Shown piece after piece: positions 12,761-25,899 of a stretch of 64,000 nucleotides of DNA. The DNA is taken from contig MU057416.1 in NCBI GenBank assembly GCA_013265495.1, forward strand, positions 738,545 through 802,544. Reading direction: 5' to 3'. The notes below the pieces were generated by a model that had not been told where the DNA came from, did no database searches, and saw only the letters and a list, made by a program, of their open reading frames with translations. Source of the stretch: Vicugna vicugna. Its lineage: Eukaryota. The position numbers and the translations under genes are program-made. Position 1 is the stretch's first letter. Each line of letters starts with the position of its first letter.

Positions 12761-14223
12761 GTACCAATGCTCCTTTTCACAGAATCCTCTTTCCTTAAGG
12801 CTTAGGGTAGTGTTCCCTTCTCTGGGAAGCCTGCATCATTTCCCAAGGAGTATTGTTTGTTCTTTCCTTCGCTGCCAGAGGTACATGATCAAAGCTTCTA
12901 TATTTCTATCCTCCGTAGATTGTGAGTTCTTTCAGGGTGGCTTTATCTTGGGCACGACCAGCATGTGATGCAGTACTTACAGCACAAAATAGACGCTCAG
13001 TAAATAATTATTGACTGACCCATGATGGAAATGAGTGAATGCATTGATAAATGGTTCATAATGGGGATCACTTCTGTGGGTTGAAGATGGTTTACCAAGT
13101 CAAAATTTCTAAATTCAGCAAGGATTTATAAACTGGAGGGTCAGGAGGGGCTCTAAAATTTTAACTCAGAACCCCGCTTGTCATGATCAAGTGTAGCTTG
13201 ACCTCAGCACCCTGAAAGTTGCACCTTTTGAAATGCTTCCAAATCTAGTGACAGTCTTAAGAGACATGCAGATAGGCAGAAAATGATTCGCGTATTAGCT
13301 GTGTCTACCAGTCCCTAGGAGGACACTCACGTCCTTCCCATCAACTAAGAAATTCATAAGAAATGGAATGCACTCTGGCTGTTCTTTTAAAGGCTTGCAA
13401 AAATTCTCAAAGGCAGTGGCTCGTAGGCAAGGCTGCTGGCAACATCCCACTGATTTCTTCAGCATTCGCTTCTGAAAAAGATCAGGCGCACGTGCCACGC
13501 GTCTTCCGATGCCGACGCGGAAGCACAGCAGCTGCCGTGAGCGCCGGGAGGCCCCGGCGGGCTCTGCCCCCGCGGTGCCGGCGCTGCTGCAGGCTTTCCT
13601 CGCTGCCGAGAGGCTGCAGAGCGACACCTGGGACAGAGCTGCCGCAGCTCAACGCACGCAGTCAGCAGCGTCCCTCATGGAAACCCCGTTAAGTCCTACT
13701 TCACACCTCGGTACATTAATAACATTAATTTCACTCAGCCTTTGTGCTCGGAGAGTCCCACCTACGGACGTTTATTTGAAGATGTCTGAGGGCCCACAGG
13801 AGCTGGGAGATGATGATACTTGTTCTAAAGAAAACGCTCCATGGAAAAGGTGACGATTAGGACGAGTGATAATTATACCTGAAATGTTAATAACTGGGTA
13901 TCTTTTTCTAAGTCTTACAAGTATTTACATTTAAAAAGATAAAATTGCTTTTAAAAATTAGAGGAAGAATAAGAGCAGTTTCAGTGAAAAACGGGCAATT
14001 TTCTTTTTTGCCGTTGCTGTTACTGCCTGGTTTCCTTAGTGACGCTTCTTGTGCGCTTGGAAAACTGAAGGGAGACCATTGTTATGCAAAGCATCCTGGC
14101 ACAAAGGGCATCACGTAGCTCCTACGACAGAGGATTTCTTGGGGGAAAAGGAAGAAAAGAAAAATGAAGCATTCAGTGTTTGGGGTTTTCAGTGAAAATT
14201 CAGTGCTCGCCAGTATTTTGCAG

Positions 14224-14284
14224 CTGGACGTGTGCTGCTGCCGTCCTGGGAGGAGGGGAAACTAGATCTTCGGACGGCTTCACA
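14224..14284 (+). other. Candidate plus-strand exon
   Basis: Acceptor 'gtattttgcag|CTGG' and donor 'ACA|gtaagc'; 61 nt. Confidence 0.35.
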
Positions 14285-14809
14285 GTAAGCTCTTCAAGTT
14301 AGGGGATAACAGAGGTTAACTTTTAATTCATTGTAACATTTCTCTTCTCTAACAAACATCACGTAAGAAATACTATTCACAGAGATGGGAGAGTAGAGGT
14401 AGAAACCGTCAAATGTCTTTAAAATTATTACCAGATAATATTAGTGAAAATGAGAAAAGCAAGCACTGTAGGTTTTTTAATTCAGTGTAAAGGAAATAAA
14501 TAATGTTGTCCCATTAACAAAGCAATGAACTCAGCTACTGAGAACTCCAAATCTATAATATTTGCGGTGTCTATCTGTAGCTTCCCTCTTGGCCCCAGTG
14601 AGAGCTGGGTTTACTTAGAGAAAATCAATCGTGTCTGTTTCAGATTCAGAGCTACAAGGCAACTTCACATGTATTCAGATTTCTAATTCCATATACGTTA
14701 TCCTCCAAACTTCTGAAAGCTCTTAAAATGCTGGTGATGCTGCTACCTGCCTCGCACAGTGATCTTGAAGAACAAAACAGTCATCGGGAGGCTAGGGAAA
14801 GGCAGATTA

Positions 14810-16500
14810 CTATTTTAATTTCTTGAAAATATTTTTAATTATTGAGAATTTCCAACGTATTTGAAAATAAAATAATAGAATCCCTTAAACTGATGACACA
14901 GCCTCAGCAGTGATCAACCCTGGTGCTCTGTGCCTTCGCCTGTAATGGTGTAGGTCATATAATACTTTCTCCAGCCTGTGAACTTCTGAAGTAAACCCCG
15001 AACATCCTGTTATGTCATCTCTCCATTTCAGTATATATCTCTAAAAGAACTCACTTGTTAGTGTGATGAAAATCTCAATATCCTAGCTAAAACATGGAAC
15101 AGTCATTGTTAAAATAGTATCTAATACCCCGTAAGCACGCAAACTTCCCGTTATCTCTTAAATGCTGTAGATGGCTCTGTTTTATAGTTTATCTGAGTCA
15201 GAACTCAGAGAAGTCCATATGTGACAGTTGGTTTTTTGTTTCTAAGTTTCTTTTAATTGTGAGTTTTCTTCTGTATCTCGGCTTCTTCCTCCCTCTTTTA
15301 CTTCTTGCTTTGGTTGTGGTGGTGGTACAGAAACGCAGGTGGTTTTATGTCCTAGAACAGCTCCCTCTGTCTTCTGTGCACGCCGAACACTGCTAGTTGG
15401 ATCTAGAGTTTTGATCAGATTTGGATTAGGTGTTTTTCTAAGACTGTTTCATGGGTGGTGGGGTGTTTTATCAGAAGGCAAAAAATGTCAGGTTCTCTTT
15501 TTGTGACGTTAGCAGATATTGATGCTCAGTGGTTAGATCAAGCAGTTCATTGGAGAAGAAAATGGTGATATTCTAGCTCGCTCGTCATTTATTAGCTGGA
15601 CTACGATTATAAGTGAAACTTCCTCTGCTCTGCTCTTCCGCCATCCAGTGCTACATTAGTGTGGGGGAGGCAGGACAAGTGTTTGATTCTCTTTTTACAC
15701 ACTCATTTCCAAAATCATTCATTCATTTCCTAACATATTCCGATGATGATCAGTTAGGTCTCTTTTTGGTATGACAATAAACTCATGGAAGTAAACATTG
15801 AATGTATTTCAGTTCACTGCACCTACTGTTTTCACTGGTGTTCAGCTTAAGTCATGGGAGCCTCTTCAACTGGGTCTTGAGGTCTTTTGAAACTACTTGC
15901 ATCGTTTTTTGATAGATTCGTGGCTGTCTTGTCTTATAACACACTTCAGGTGTCGCATACATATGTTTTCTGCCCCGGACCTGAACAGCCTTCCAGCCAA
16001 GCATCTTCGGGGTTCTCTTCAGCAGGAAACGGTCTGTGGATTTTAGGTTCTAGGTGCACATGTCGCACTTAGGCTGGGCACTGCTTCCTTTCAGTAGACA
16101 GAACTGGTTCTTGTTTTCCGAAGAGAAGCTATTCCATGCCTTATGTCGCATTTTATGTTTTTATCGGGTTTCGAGTTTGTGTCTTCTTTCCCCGTGCCGC
16201 TAGTCTCAGTCTTGAAGACGTGCTGGTTTGTAGGTCAGTATCTCTCTAGTCACTTTTGTTCTCTGAAGCTCGTTTTCTGGAAGATTCCTCGGGAAAGGTT
16301 CAAGGGTATTCATCATGAACTCGTACGTTAACAATTTGTTGGTAACTGGATATAGGATTTTGTCTCACACTTTGTTCTCTGGGCATCTTTACAAAGTTAC
16401 TCTATTACCTTCTGTCACTGTTGCCTTTCAAGAGCATCACCATCACAAAGTCTAATGGAAATTAGAATTTCTGGTTTGGAATTTTCATCTTTAAGGTCCA
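14810..16500 (-). mobile_element. Old LINE-1 fragments (L1M-type)
   Basis: T-rich strand with an L1 3'UTR-like start 'atttttaattattgagaatttccaacg..'; degenerate. Confidence 0.5.
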
Positions 16501-16522
16501 GGGATGTTATTAAATATTTTTG

Positions 16523-16970
16523 GTGTATTAGTTTTTTTTTTATTATTATTATTATTACTGCTGTAATACTGCAAACTTAACGGCTTAAACCAACACAGAT
16601 TTACCATCTTACAGCTTTTCAGGTCAGATATCCAAATGGGGTCTCACTGGGCGAACTCAAGGTATCAGCAAACATGCGTTCCTTTCTGGAAGCTCTAGGA
16701 GACGGTCCGTTTTCCAGTCGTTTCCAGCCTCTAGGAATCACTCACAGCCCTTGGCGGATGGGCCTCTTCCCTCCACTTCAAGGCCAGCGCTGTCTGATCT
16801 TCCTCAGTCCTTCCTCAGTAGTCACACCCCCACCCCCAGCCGGGAAAACCCTCCTCCTTCAAGGACCCACGTGATTAGATTGGGCCACTCGGATAGCACG
16901 GGTGAATCTCATCTCGAGGCCCTTAACCCTAGTCACGCCCGTGAGGTCCCTTGCCACACAAGGTAACAAT
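16523..16970 (-). mobile_element. MaLR LTR (MLT1)
   Basis: 'tgtattagtt..ggcttaaaccaacacagatttaccatcttacagc..ttccagcctctagga..gattagattgggccac', reverse MLT1 pattern. Confidence 0.8.
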
Positions 16971-16992
16971 TATTAGCCTTTTTGCTCTATAA

Positions 16993-17368
16993 GTGTGTTG
17001 GTCTATAGAAGCTGCCGTAACAAAGTACCATGGACCAAGTGGCTTTCAAAACAGAAAATTACTTGTTCACAGTTCTGGAAGCTACAAGCCCAAGATCAAG
17101 GTGTCGGCAGGTCTGATTCCTCCTGAGTCTGTCTCTCTGGCTTACAGACGGGTGTCTTCTCGCTGCGCCCTCATGTGGCCTCTCCCCTCTGCACGGGGAT
17201 CCTTGTGTCCCTCTTTCAGGGACACCGGTCACATTGAGTTAGCTCCTCCCCATGTCGCCTCATGTCACTTAAATCACCTCCTCAGAGGCCCGTGTCCAAG
17301 CGCAGCCGCACGGGGCGCGAGGCCTTCAGCGTGCGGGCTTCGGAGGGGACACGGTTCAGCCCACAACA
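16993..17368 (-). mobile_element. MaLR LTR (MLT1)
   Basis: 'gctgccgtaacaaagtaccat..cacagttctggaagctacaagcccaagatcaaggtgtcggcagg..ttcagcccacaaca'. Confidence 0.85.
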
Positions 17369-17369
17369 G

Positions 17370-19100
17370 CGGGTAAGGTGTTTTATCCTCTGCTTTCTTT
17401 CAGGATTTTCTTTCTGTCTTTAGATTTTTGCTGCCTGCGTATCCTAGGCCTAGGTTTAGGTATTCTTGTATTGACCCTATTTGGTGTTGTCAGAGTTTCC
17501 CAGGTCTGTGGGTTTGTGTCTGTCTTTAACTTTGGAAAATGTTGGCCGTTATTACCTTAAATATTTCTTTTTTTTCTTTCCCTCCCTCTTCCCTGCCTCT
17601 TTCTTTCTTTCTTTCTTTTTCCCTCTCTCTCCCTCTACCCCCCCGACCTCCCTCCAGCTGGTGCTATTACAGTTACGTGTGTGTTGTACCTTCTGTCATT
17701 GTCAAGGACGGCTGGGCGTGCCGTTCCATTTTTGAAGTTCTGTTTTCCCTTTGCACTTTACGTTAGGTCATTTCTAGAGACATGTCTTCAAGTTCACTGA
17801 TTCTGTCCACAACTACGTTCAGTCTACGGTGAGCCCAGGAAAGGCATTCTTCGTTTGTTTCAATGTGTTTGATTTGGAGCACTTCCTTTTGAATCTTTTC
17901 TTTAAAGTCTCCCTCTCTGCTTGCATTGCCCATGTGTTCTTGCACGTCGCCTACTTTTTTCATCAGAGCCCTTATGTAGTAATCATGGTTATTTTAAATT
18001 CCTGGTCTGATAATTCTGAAATCCATATCAAACCCGTGTCTGGTTCTGACACTTGCTTCGTCTGTTCAGACCGTGTGTTTCATGCTCGTTAGCAAGCCTT
18101 GTCTTTTTTTTATTGAACCCCGGAAACAGTATACTGGGTAATAGAAACTGAGGCACTTGGACCTTTAGTGTGAGGTTTTATGTTAATCTGGCAAGGAGCT
18201 GAGCTATGTTTTCTGCTCGCTGTAACTGCAGATGCCAGAGGACTCAGTGTTCTCTCGTTTCCTCATCTTGTTTTCTCCCCTGGTGTCTCTGGATTTGCCT
18301 GAGAACTTCTTGAAGAGTCTGTGTCCTGCATCTCCTTCCGTTGTAACCGACAGTCATTTCACTGGAGCCCTACGGAAATGGTGGGGAGGAGAAACCATGA
18401 CACTTAACCTCATGATTACATCTCTGTTATTCAGGGGGCCCAGCCTTCAGAAGTGCTCCGTAGCCTTTTTCTTGCTTTCTCCCCTTGTTTAAGGTGGGAA
18501 GGCTGGAGGAGGCTGGAGCTGGCCCGCTGCCCCGCCCACGTGTAGATAAGCCTCTGGGGACACTTCTCCTTGGAAGGCAGGACTTTGTTATGAAGAAAAC
18601 TCTGGGCATATTTTAAAATAGTTACTTTACCCTTCTGCCAGAAACAGGAGAGGTTTTTCTCTAAGTGTGACCATGAGAACCTAGGTGGGTTTCAGATGTG
18701 AAACTCACCCCAGTGTGGGAGTCCCCTAACACTGGCCCCAGGAGCCCCCTCCCGCTCGCCTGCCCTCGGCCGCGGCCTCGGCGGTGCATCACAGTAGCCG
18801 TTCAGGTGTTTGCGCGCTGCTGGCTGCGAAGGCCTGTGCTGCGGGCACGCTGACCTCCACTCGATTCTCTGTGTCCGCGGGTCTCTTCAGATTTCGGCTA
18901 GGCAGCTCCGTGGTCTCAGGTCTCTGACTCTAAGAAAAATCACTGATTTTCAGTTTGTTCAGCATTTTTGGTTTTCATGAGGGAGTGACAACTTCTGAGG
19001 TCTTTGCGTGTCAGCACGAAAACCAGAACTCCTCTCTTCTTTATTTTTAATGCTGATTCATGTTTTTATTTTCATATCTTCTATAATTTTCTTAATTTCC
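17370..19100 (-). mobile_element. Old LINE-1 (ORF1 and 5' region)
   Basis: The minus ORF 17763-17963 (..IKHIETNEECLSWAHRRLNVVVDRISELED) resembles the L1 ORF1 coiled coil. Confidence 0.7.
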
Positions 19101-19460
19101 TTCAGCTGATTTTTAAAATATGAGGTTACAGCTTTTCACCTATTTTATGAGCATGCCTTTCTGGCCTTGTTCTCTTCTTGTAAGGGTGTTATCTTGTTTC
19201 TTCTGTTAGCCTTCTAACTAGTGAGCTTACTTACGACTGAACCACAATGATTTTCTGCTGTTTGCTTTTGCTTTCTAAATTTTTAAAATGGAGAGAATGG
19301 GTCAGGATAGCCATTTTAACTGTATGACTGTGGAGTTCTGTGTTAGGTTATTTTCATGAAGTTTTAAACTTCATACAGTATAAAGTATGGTCCTGGACTT
19401 CTTGAGACTTCTCGTCTCTCTTCTTCTTCCCAAATGTTTCCTAGGACCTCTGTCTCCTTG

Positions 19461-19815
19461 GGCCTATGGACTGAATTGTGTCCCCCACCCAAATTCATCT
19501 GTTGAAGCCCTGACACCCAATATGACTGCGTTTAAAGACGGGGCCTGTAAGAAGGTGGTGGTGGCTCAGTGAGGCCGCAGCTGGGGCCTTACTCCGTGAG
19601 GACTGGTGGCCTCATGCCAGCTGAGACTGGTGCCAGGGGTTCCTCTCTCTCCATGAGGACACAGCAAGGCGGCAGCATCTACAAGCCGGAAAGACAACCC
19701 TCATCTGATCAGAGTCGCCGGCACCTTGGCCTTGGGTCTCTAGCCTCCAGGAAACAACCCCTGTTGTTTAAGCTGCCCAACCGGCCGTATTTTGTCAGGC
19801 AGCCCTGATTGACAG
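19461..19815 (+). mobile_element. MaLR LTR (MLT1)
   Basis: 'ctatggactgaattgtgtcccccacccaaattcatctgttgaagccctgacacccaatatgactg..ctgttgtttaagctgccc'. Confidence 0.85.
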
Positions 19816-20448
19816 GAAGGCCCCTGTACCCGCGTCCTGTTCAATTTCTGTTCTGCTCCTAGGAGTCGCTCCTCAGTGTTGGCTTTTGTCTTGGAGGGAG
19901 ACCTGGGTAGTTAGTCTGGGGACGTTCTAGGTCCTGTCCTGCTTTTATTTCTGCACATCTTACTCGCAAAGCCCCTCACGTCCTTGGCTGCCACTCGGGT
20001 TTCCAGTGAGTAGCTCTGGCTATTTTGGGGTTCTCCAGTTCTCAAGATTTTTCAGACTCCATTGCTTCCTTTTTTGTGCAGATTCTGTTTGGCTCCTGCC
20101 CTCCCCCCACCCCTGGTCTAGTTAATATATCTGCATTGATGATTAACTTGGAAATTTTAAAAAATGACACTGTCACTCCTGTTTTCCCAGAATTCTCAAT
20201 TTTTTTTTTAAAAAGGACATGGACATTAGTTATTACTGGACTTAACATTAATATCCATTTATTTATTAGAACTGAATGTTAAATACATTATTTCCAAGCA
20301 CAGAGCAAAAGAAGCAGAGATTAATAGGTGCCAGGAGTTGCCATACTAAATTTATTACTTTAAAGATAATTATCAAGCTGTTAAACTACCTTGGTCCAAG
20401 TGCGCTTGATTTTTTTCAGTAATACATTGAAAGAACATATTTCATTAC

Positions 20449-20581
20449 CTCAACAATAGTATGATGTAGTCCAGTTTCTTTCAAGTGCAAGGAACAGAGG
20501 TTCAAGTTAGCATAATAGATTTCTGGGCTCAGGAAACCAAGTCGGCTTTCCTTATTGCCAACTATGTCCCTGTGGGGGATC
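20449..20581 (-). pseudogene. Exon, 133 nt, phase 2 to 0
   Basis: Acceptor 'ttcccctctgcag|G', donor 'GAG|gtaatg'. Open frame IPHRDIVGNKESRLGFLSPEIYYANLNLCSLHLKETGLHHTIVE. Confidence 0.7.
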
Positions 20582-21299
20582 CTGCAGAGGGGAACCAGAG
20601 CCTCAGTGCAAACCCTCCCTGTTTTATGTGTTTGACTTTGCTTGACTTTATATTCACTTAGTGTAATTGTTCCTGATGGTAATAAAAAAGACTGCTAGAA
20701 GTCACATCTTTTCAGAATACTCAAAAAAGAGAAAGCTCCTTTTCCCCCAGCTCTAAATAAAACAATCCTAGAAAAGCCCCCTGTTGGCCTCGATCGGGCC
20801 CCGTGCCTGTGCTGGAGCAGTCCCCGGACAGAGGAGGCAAAGGCTTTGCACAGACCTGGATCAAGGGTCCAGCTTTGGGTCCTTGTGTCTGCAGCTCCAT
20901 CCAGCATCACAGCCACAGAGGGAGGGGACAGGTTGTGGACAGAAGCATTTCCTGAAGGAACTGGGCATGACTGAGGTTTAGGCAACAACTAAACATGATG
21001 AATTTGAGACTAACATAGTAATTATACACTGAAGGTGCTGATTAAGATTCATGACCTGCTGGGGGTTACACTCCAGGGCTGAGCAATGATGTGGTGCTTA
21101 TCAAACCTGATTCCAAAACTGCCAGCTGCAGTGGAATTAACAAGAGCATTTGAATAATGTGCGGAAGACCCCGACCTTGCAGGCGGAACCCGTGTGCTTG
21201 TGGACGGCGGTCTTCGTGTGCGCAGCCATCATGGAGGCTGATGCTTACTGGGCTGTAAGTACAGAGATCAGGGACACATCTTACATACACAGAATGAAC

Positions 21300-22700
21300 A
21301 CTGATTCGTTTTGACAAACATGACTCAAGTTTCAGTCGAAATGTAGAATGCTTTGCTTCCATCACCCGGACGGGTTTCGCTGCCTCTCTGTCCGTTCAGC
21401 TCGGACGCCGAGGGGCGCGGCTCCCGCCCCGGCCGCCGGCAGAGGCTAGCCCGGCCTGGTTCTGAGCTGCACGCGGCTGGGCCTACCCGTGGGCGCTCTT
21501 TCGTGTTTGGGTTCTTTCTCTCAGCCTGACGCTTTTGGGATTTATGCACATTACACTGTGTGCCCGCTGTCCACTCATTTTTATTGCCAAGAAGTATACA
21601 AGTATGAACTTTATGCATCCATTTTCCTGTTGCTGGGCGCAGAAGTCCACTTTCTTGGCTTTGAAGAGGAATGCTGCTCCTACGAGCGGTCTGTGGACAC
21701 ACGCTTTCACTGCTCCAGGAGTAAGACTGCCAGGGCACGTGCACGCCCACCTTCCTACGAACCCCCACCCAACAGCCTTGCGACGTGACTGCATCCCCAC
21801 CACCAGCGTATGAAAACCCAGCTGCTTCATAACCTCACCAACGCCTCTTGCCAGTTTTCTTAAATTTAGTCATCCTAGTGGCCGTGAGCTCTCATTTCAG
21901 CTTTAATTGGTATTTATCTGATATCTAATGCTACAGTATACCTTAGTGAGTACTCAGTAGTCACTTCACATCTTTTTTTCTTTTAGTAAGTATCTGTTTA
22001 AATGCATTACTTCCTCAGGAGTTACTTTAGATATAAATTCTTTATTAGTTACTTACAATATGCATATTCCTTTGGCTGGCAGTGAATTCCTTCAGGTTTC
22101 ATTAATCTTAAAATGTCTTTATTTTCAAAAGATATTTATGCTAGATATAGAATGCCAGGTTGATATGCTCTCTCTCTTCGACACTTTAGAGATGACTTCG
22201 CGCTCTCTGCCCTGCATTCTTCTGACAAGAAGCTGACGGTCGTTTTTTACCATTTCACCTGGAGATGCACTGTCTTCTCTGAATTCTTTTACCACAGGCT
22301 CTTTACACCTTATTTTCAGAAGCTGGATTATGATGTGCCCGGCCGAGGCTTTCTTTGCATTTGTTATAATTGAGGTTTATTACATATCCTGACTCTTTGA
22401 GTTGATATTTTAAATTAAATTTGGAAAACGTTTGGTTGAGACTCCAAGTCCGCTTTGCCTTCCGCATTCAGTCCCTCCCCCCTCCCAGGACCGCAGTTAC
22501 AAACGCATTAGGTGGCGAGACGTTACCTCACACGTCGCTAAAGCTCTCCTGGCTTCCTCCAGTCTCGCTTTTTTCTCTCTGCTTCGGTTGGAATGATCTT
22601 CTATTGTTCAGTGGGTTTTCTTCTAATAGCTATGTTTTTCCTTGTTATACGTCGCATTTTTCTGCTTTTTGTGGGTCTCATAACTTCCTATGTTGTGTAT
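21300..22700 (-). mobile_element. Old LINE-1 fragments (3'UTR/ORF2 end and more 5' pieces)
   Basis: 'ttctttctctcagcctgacgcttttgggatttatgcac..ccactcatttttattgccaagaagtat..ccccaccaccagcgtatga', L1 3' pattern. Confidence 0.65.
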
Positions 22701-23420
22701 AAAATGACAGTGGATATTGATGTATGGTCTTCTTTATTTCATAAGAGAATGCAGCCTTCTGCTCTGTCTGGTGGTTAGGGCGAGGGCCTACAATAGCGAG
22801 CATTTGGAAACCGAGGCTGAGCCTTGGGTTGAGCTCAGTGTCTGGCCCATTCTGAACGCCTACAGCGCTGTCTCCACCTTTTCAACAAGCTGGTATTCGA
22901 GCTGAGAGGTAACTGGGTATCAGGGTTTTTCCCTTCGCTCATCTCTGGATTCAGCTCCTCACAAGCCACGAACCGCGAGAACGTGTGGGGCTGTTGCTGT
23001 GGTTACTTAATTACACTTGTGTCTGCCACCTCCAGCTTATTATAATCCTGTTTTCCTTTACTGAGCACCTCCGATCTGCGAGGGGTAGCGGCAGGTACTT
23101 CACGAAAGTTATGTACTCAGTTCCCACGGCAGACTCACCTGGAAAGCATCATAAATCATCAGTCACAGAACAGAGTTTTCTGTGAGTTCACGATATAAGG
23201 TCAACACAGGACCCACGGGCTCTCAGCCGGGCGGGGTCGTTTGCGCCTCGTCATCAGCACACTTAGAGACAGAATTCCCACAAGACGGAAGCTTGATCAT
23301 GTGCAGAGACACAGGGCGAGAAATACGACAGAGATGAGGAAGTCCTGAGTTTCCTGGTCCCAGCCGCTCAGGCAGACATCGTGCAGAGCTGGCAGCATCA
23401 GCCGTCGACTGTTCAGTCAC

Positions 23421-23547
23421 CTTTACAGGGTGATGCGTGTATCCACATCCTTTGAATGGTCTGATGCCATTAAATGTCTGATTCTTTGTACTCGCTTCGT
23501 TCTGTTCCTGCACTCAGCACAGCGTTCTCACCCTGAGGCACATTCAC
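23421..23547 (-). pseudogene. Exon, 127 nt, phase 1 to 2, two in-frame stops
   Basis: Strong acceptor 'gctttctccttgcag|GT', donor 'AAG|gtgact'. Frame (S)ECASG*ERCAECRNRTKRVQRIRHLMASDHSKDVDTRITL*(R). The phase exactly bridges the flanking exons. Confidence 0.6.
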
Positions 23548-24039
23548 CTGCAAGGAGAAAGCACTAATCATCCAGGTATTTTTGTCCTGCTTCACAAAAT
23601 TTTTGTTTCCTGAGGAATCAGTAAAGCGGTTTCTGACTAGGTTTTGGCCTTCCTTGCAGCTTGACTGCAGGAGGGCATGTGCTGGGCATAAGGGACCATC
23701 ACATATTTCTGGTCTGTGTGACAGGAGTTTCTCCCCGTCAATCAAGAAGCTATTCTGATGTCTGAGCCCATCTTGTATATGTTTCTGGGCTCGTGAATCA
23801 GCCTGTCAGGGTCTGATCACCCCTTGATATGACAGGAGTTAGTCCCTGGTCTTCCAAGCAGCAGGTCACAACACTGCTGGCTTCTCTAGGTCCCAGGGTC
23901 CTGGAGAACCCAAGGCCAAGAAGGGAGCATTAACTGCCAGGAACACGAAGGCACACTGACCACAAAGAGAAGCAGGGATGAAATGGCCATCAGAGCTTTT
24001 GACCTTCAGTGGCCTTTCACGTTGGCTCACTAACTAGTT

Positions 24040-24620
24040 TCACTGTGGACTTGTGACCTGCTCTGTGGATGTCAACAAGCCTTCCCCCCAGTCCTCAGTG
24101 TTGCTCAGTGGGCTCAAGTACAGACTATTCTGTGCAGGTGGATGAACTTTATGGGTGCATTGACATAAGCACTGACATCTGCCAAGTGTCTGACTAGCCC
24201 AACAGCACAGACCAATGCTCAGGCCTTGATGTGGCCCCTTCTCTAAGGAAACCAAGTAGCCAGCCGGGCACAGGTTAGGCACCTTCCACCATGCAAGGAG
24301 AATTCCTTCGTGTAATAAACACTTATCTGGGATAGACTTTCTTTCCTGACAGCAGTACTTTGGTCAGCATAACCACCCATGGACTTGATGAAGTTCTGAT
24401 TCACCATCATGGTGTCCTGCACAACGTTGCTTCTAACCAAGAAACTCATTTAACAGAAAAAGAAGTGTAGCAGTAGATTAATTCTCAAAAAATGTACTGA
24501 TGTCAATTTTATACTCGATCACCCAGCAAGAGTGTGGCAAATAGAAGACTGAGTTAATATGCTGACTGGAGGAAGTGCTTGCAAAGTTGGGGCATTATGC
24601 CACAGGATATGCTTTTAACA
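24040..24620 (+). mobile_element. ERVL internal remnant (integrase region)
   Basis: Translation ~24316-24480 INTYLG*TFFP..TTHGLDEVLIHHHGVLHNVASNQETHLTEKEV resembles the ERVL integrase core (IDTYSG..LIHRHGIPHSIASDQGTHFTAKEV). Confidence 0.75.
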
Positions 24621-25689
24621 AGCAACCGGTAAAACAGCCAGTGGTCTGACAGCAAATAATAGAGGAGTTGGAGAAGCACCTGTCACTTCTTGCACAGGAT
24701 GGACCACCTGAATAACTTGAGCTCCCTAAAGCTGCAATTTTAGGCTCAAGTGATTTAGCTACCTTAGTCTTCAGGAGAGGAAAGTTTCTCCCAGGAAACT
24801 CAACAGCTCGCACCCTCATTACCAGCTGGGCCAGGCCCCTTCAGAGTTCCAGAACCAGCCGTGCCCCCCACGTTCGGTGGTCCACGCACCAGCCACACGG
24901 CATCCTTACCCCCAGAGAAAGCTGAGCACCGGCCATGCCAAGGTGCCCGTCGAGGGCTGAGCGCCCCCCACGACGTGGCGCGATTCTGTCGGCTCCACCT
25001 CTTCCTGACGGTGACCCCTGCTTCCTACAGTTCCTAACTTCTGAGTTAGCTGAGCCATAGGAGTGGCGACTGCTTCCTGGAGATCCTAGTAACTGGTGAC
25101 CTCAGCACCTGAACCCTTTTAGCCTTTCAACCCTTAGTAACCGATCCCCTCTGTTAAATCCCACTTGAAATTCGTACTATACTTTCCATCTCAATTGTTT
25201 ACTTTGGGGGGCTGGCGCCCGCCCAGCACTCCTTGAGGACAGGCATTAGCTCTGCTTAATCTTCAGTTCTTGGCAATTAACACACAGCATCACTGAATAG
25301 ATGCAAAAGGTGCGGCACAGCAAGTTTTATGAAGCATCCGCAGCACTGCCAGACATGTCTGGTTATTCTAGAAATTAAGGAGATCTCAATTAGACGTAGG
25401 AGAAAATTTCTATTTCCATTAATAGAACAGACCGCCCTTAGGGAAAGACCAAATTGCCCACCACTGGAAATACCGAAGCAGCAGTGAAGTGACTTTCTGT
25501 CAGAGATGCAGTAGAGGGCAAGTCCTTAAATATGCTGAAGGTTAGAAAACATCATGCTTGCACTCCCTCCCAGCCCTAAGTCTATGGTCCCCACTGATGA
25601 ACCCATCCTGACTCAGCCCCAGCGTGCTCGTCTCTGCTGGTGAGGCTGCACTGTCACAGTGCGGGAGGATGGCAATTGTGTATGTGTGT

Positions 25690-25885
25690 GCACAGTGCTT
25701 TACCATCTGCAAAATGCCTTACATTCATTTTTTTAGAATTTCACCCGCGTTTGTGATGTAGAGAGAACAGTAATTATGTGTTACAGATGAGAAAACTGAG
25801 GTTCCAAGGCACAGGCCATCCACTGTTTACCTGAAAAAAGGTCAAGATTGTAACTAGAGCTCTGTGTTTGGACTCTTTAAACCCT
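25690..25885 (+). mobile_element. MIR SINE fragment
   Basis: MIR core 'ttacagatgagaaaactgaggttc'. Confidence 0.6.
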
Positions 25886-25899
25886 GTCCCTTATGGCTC

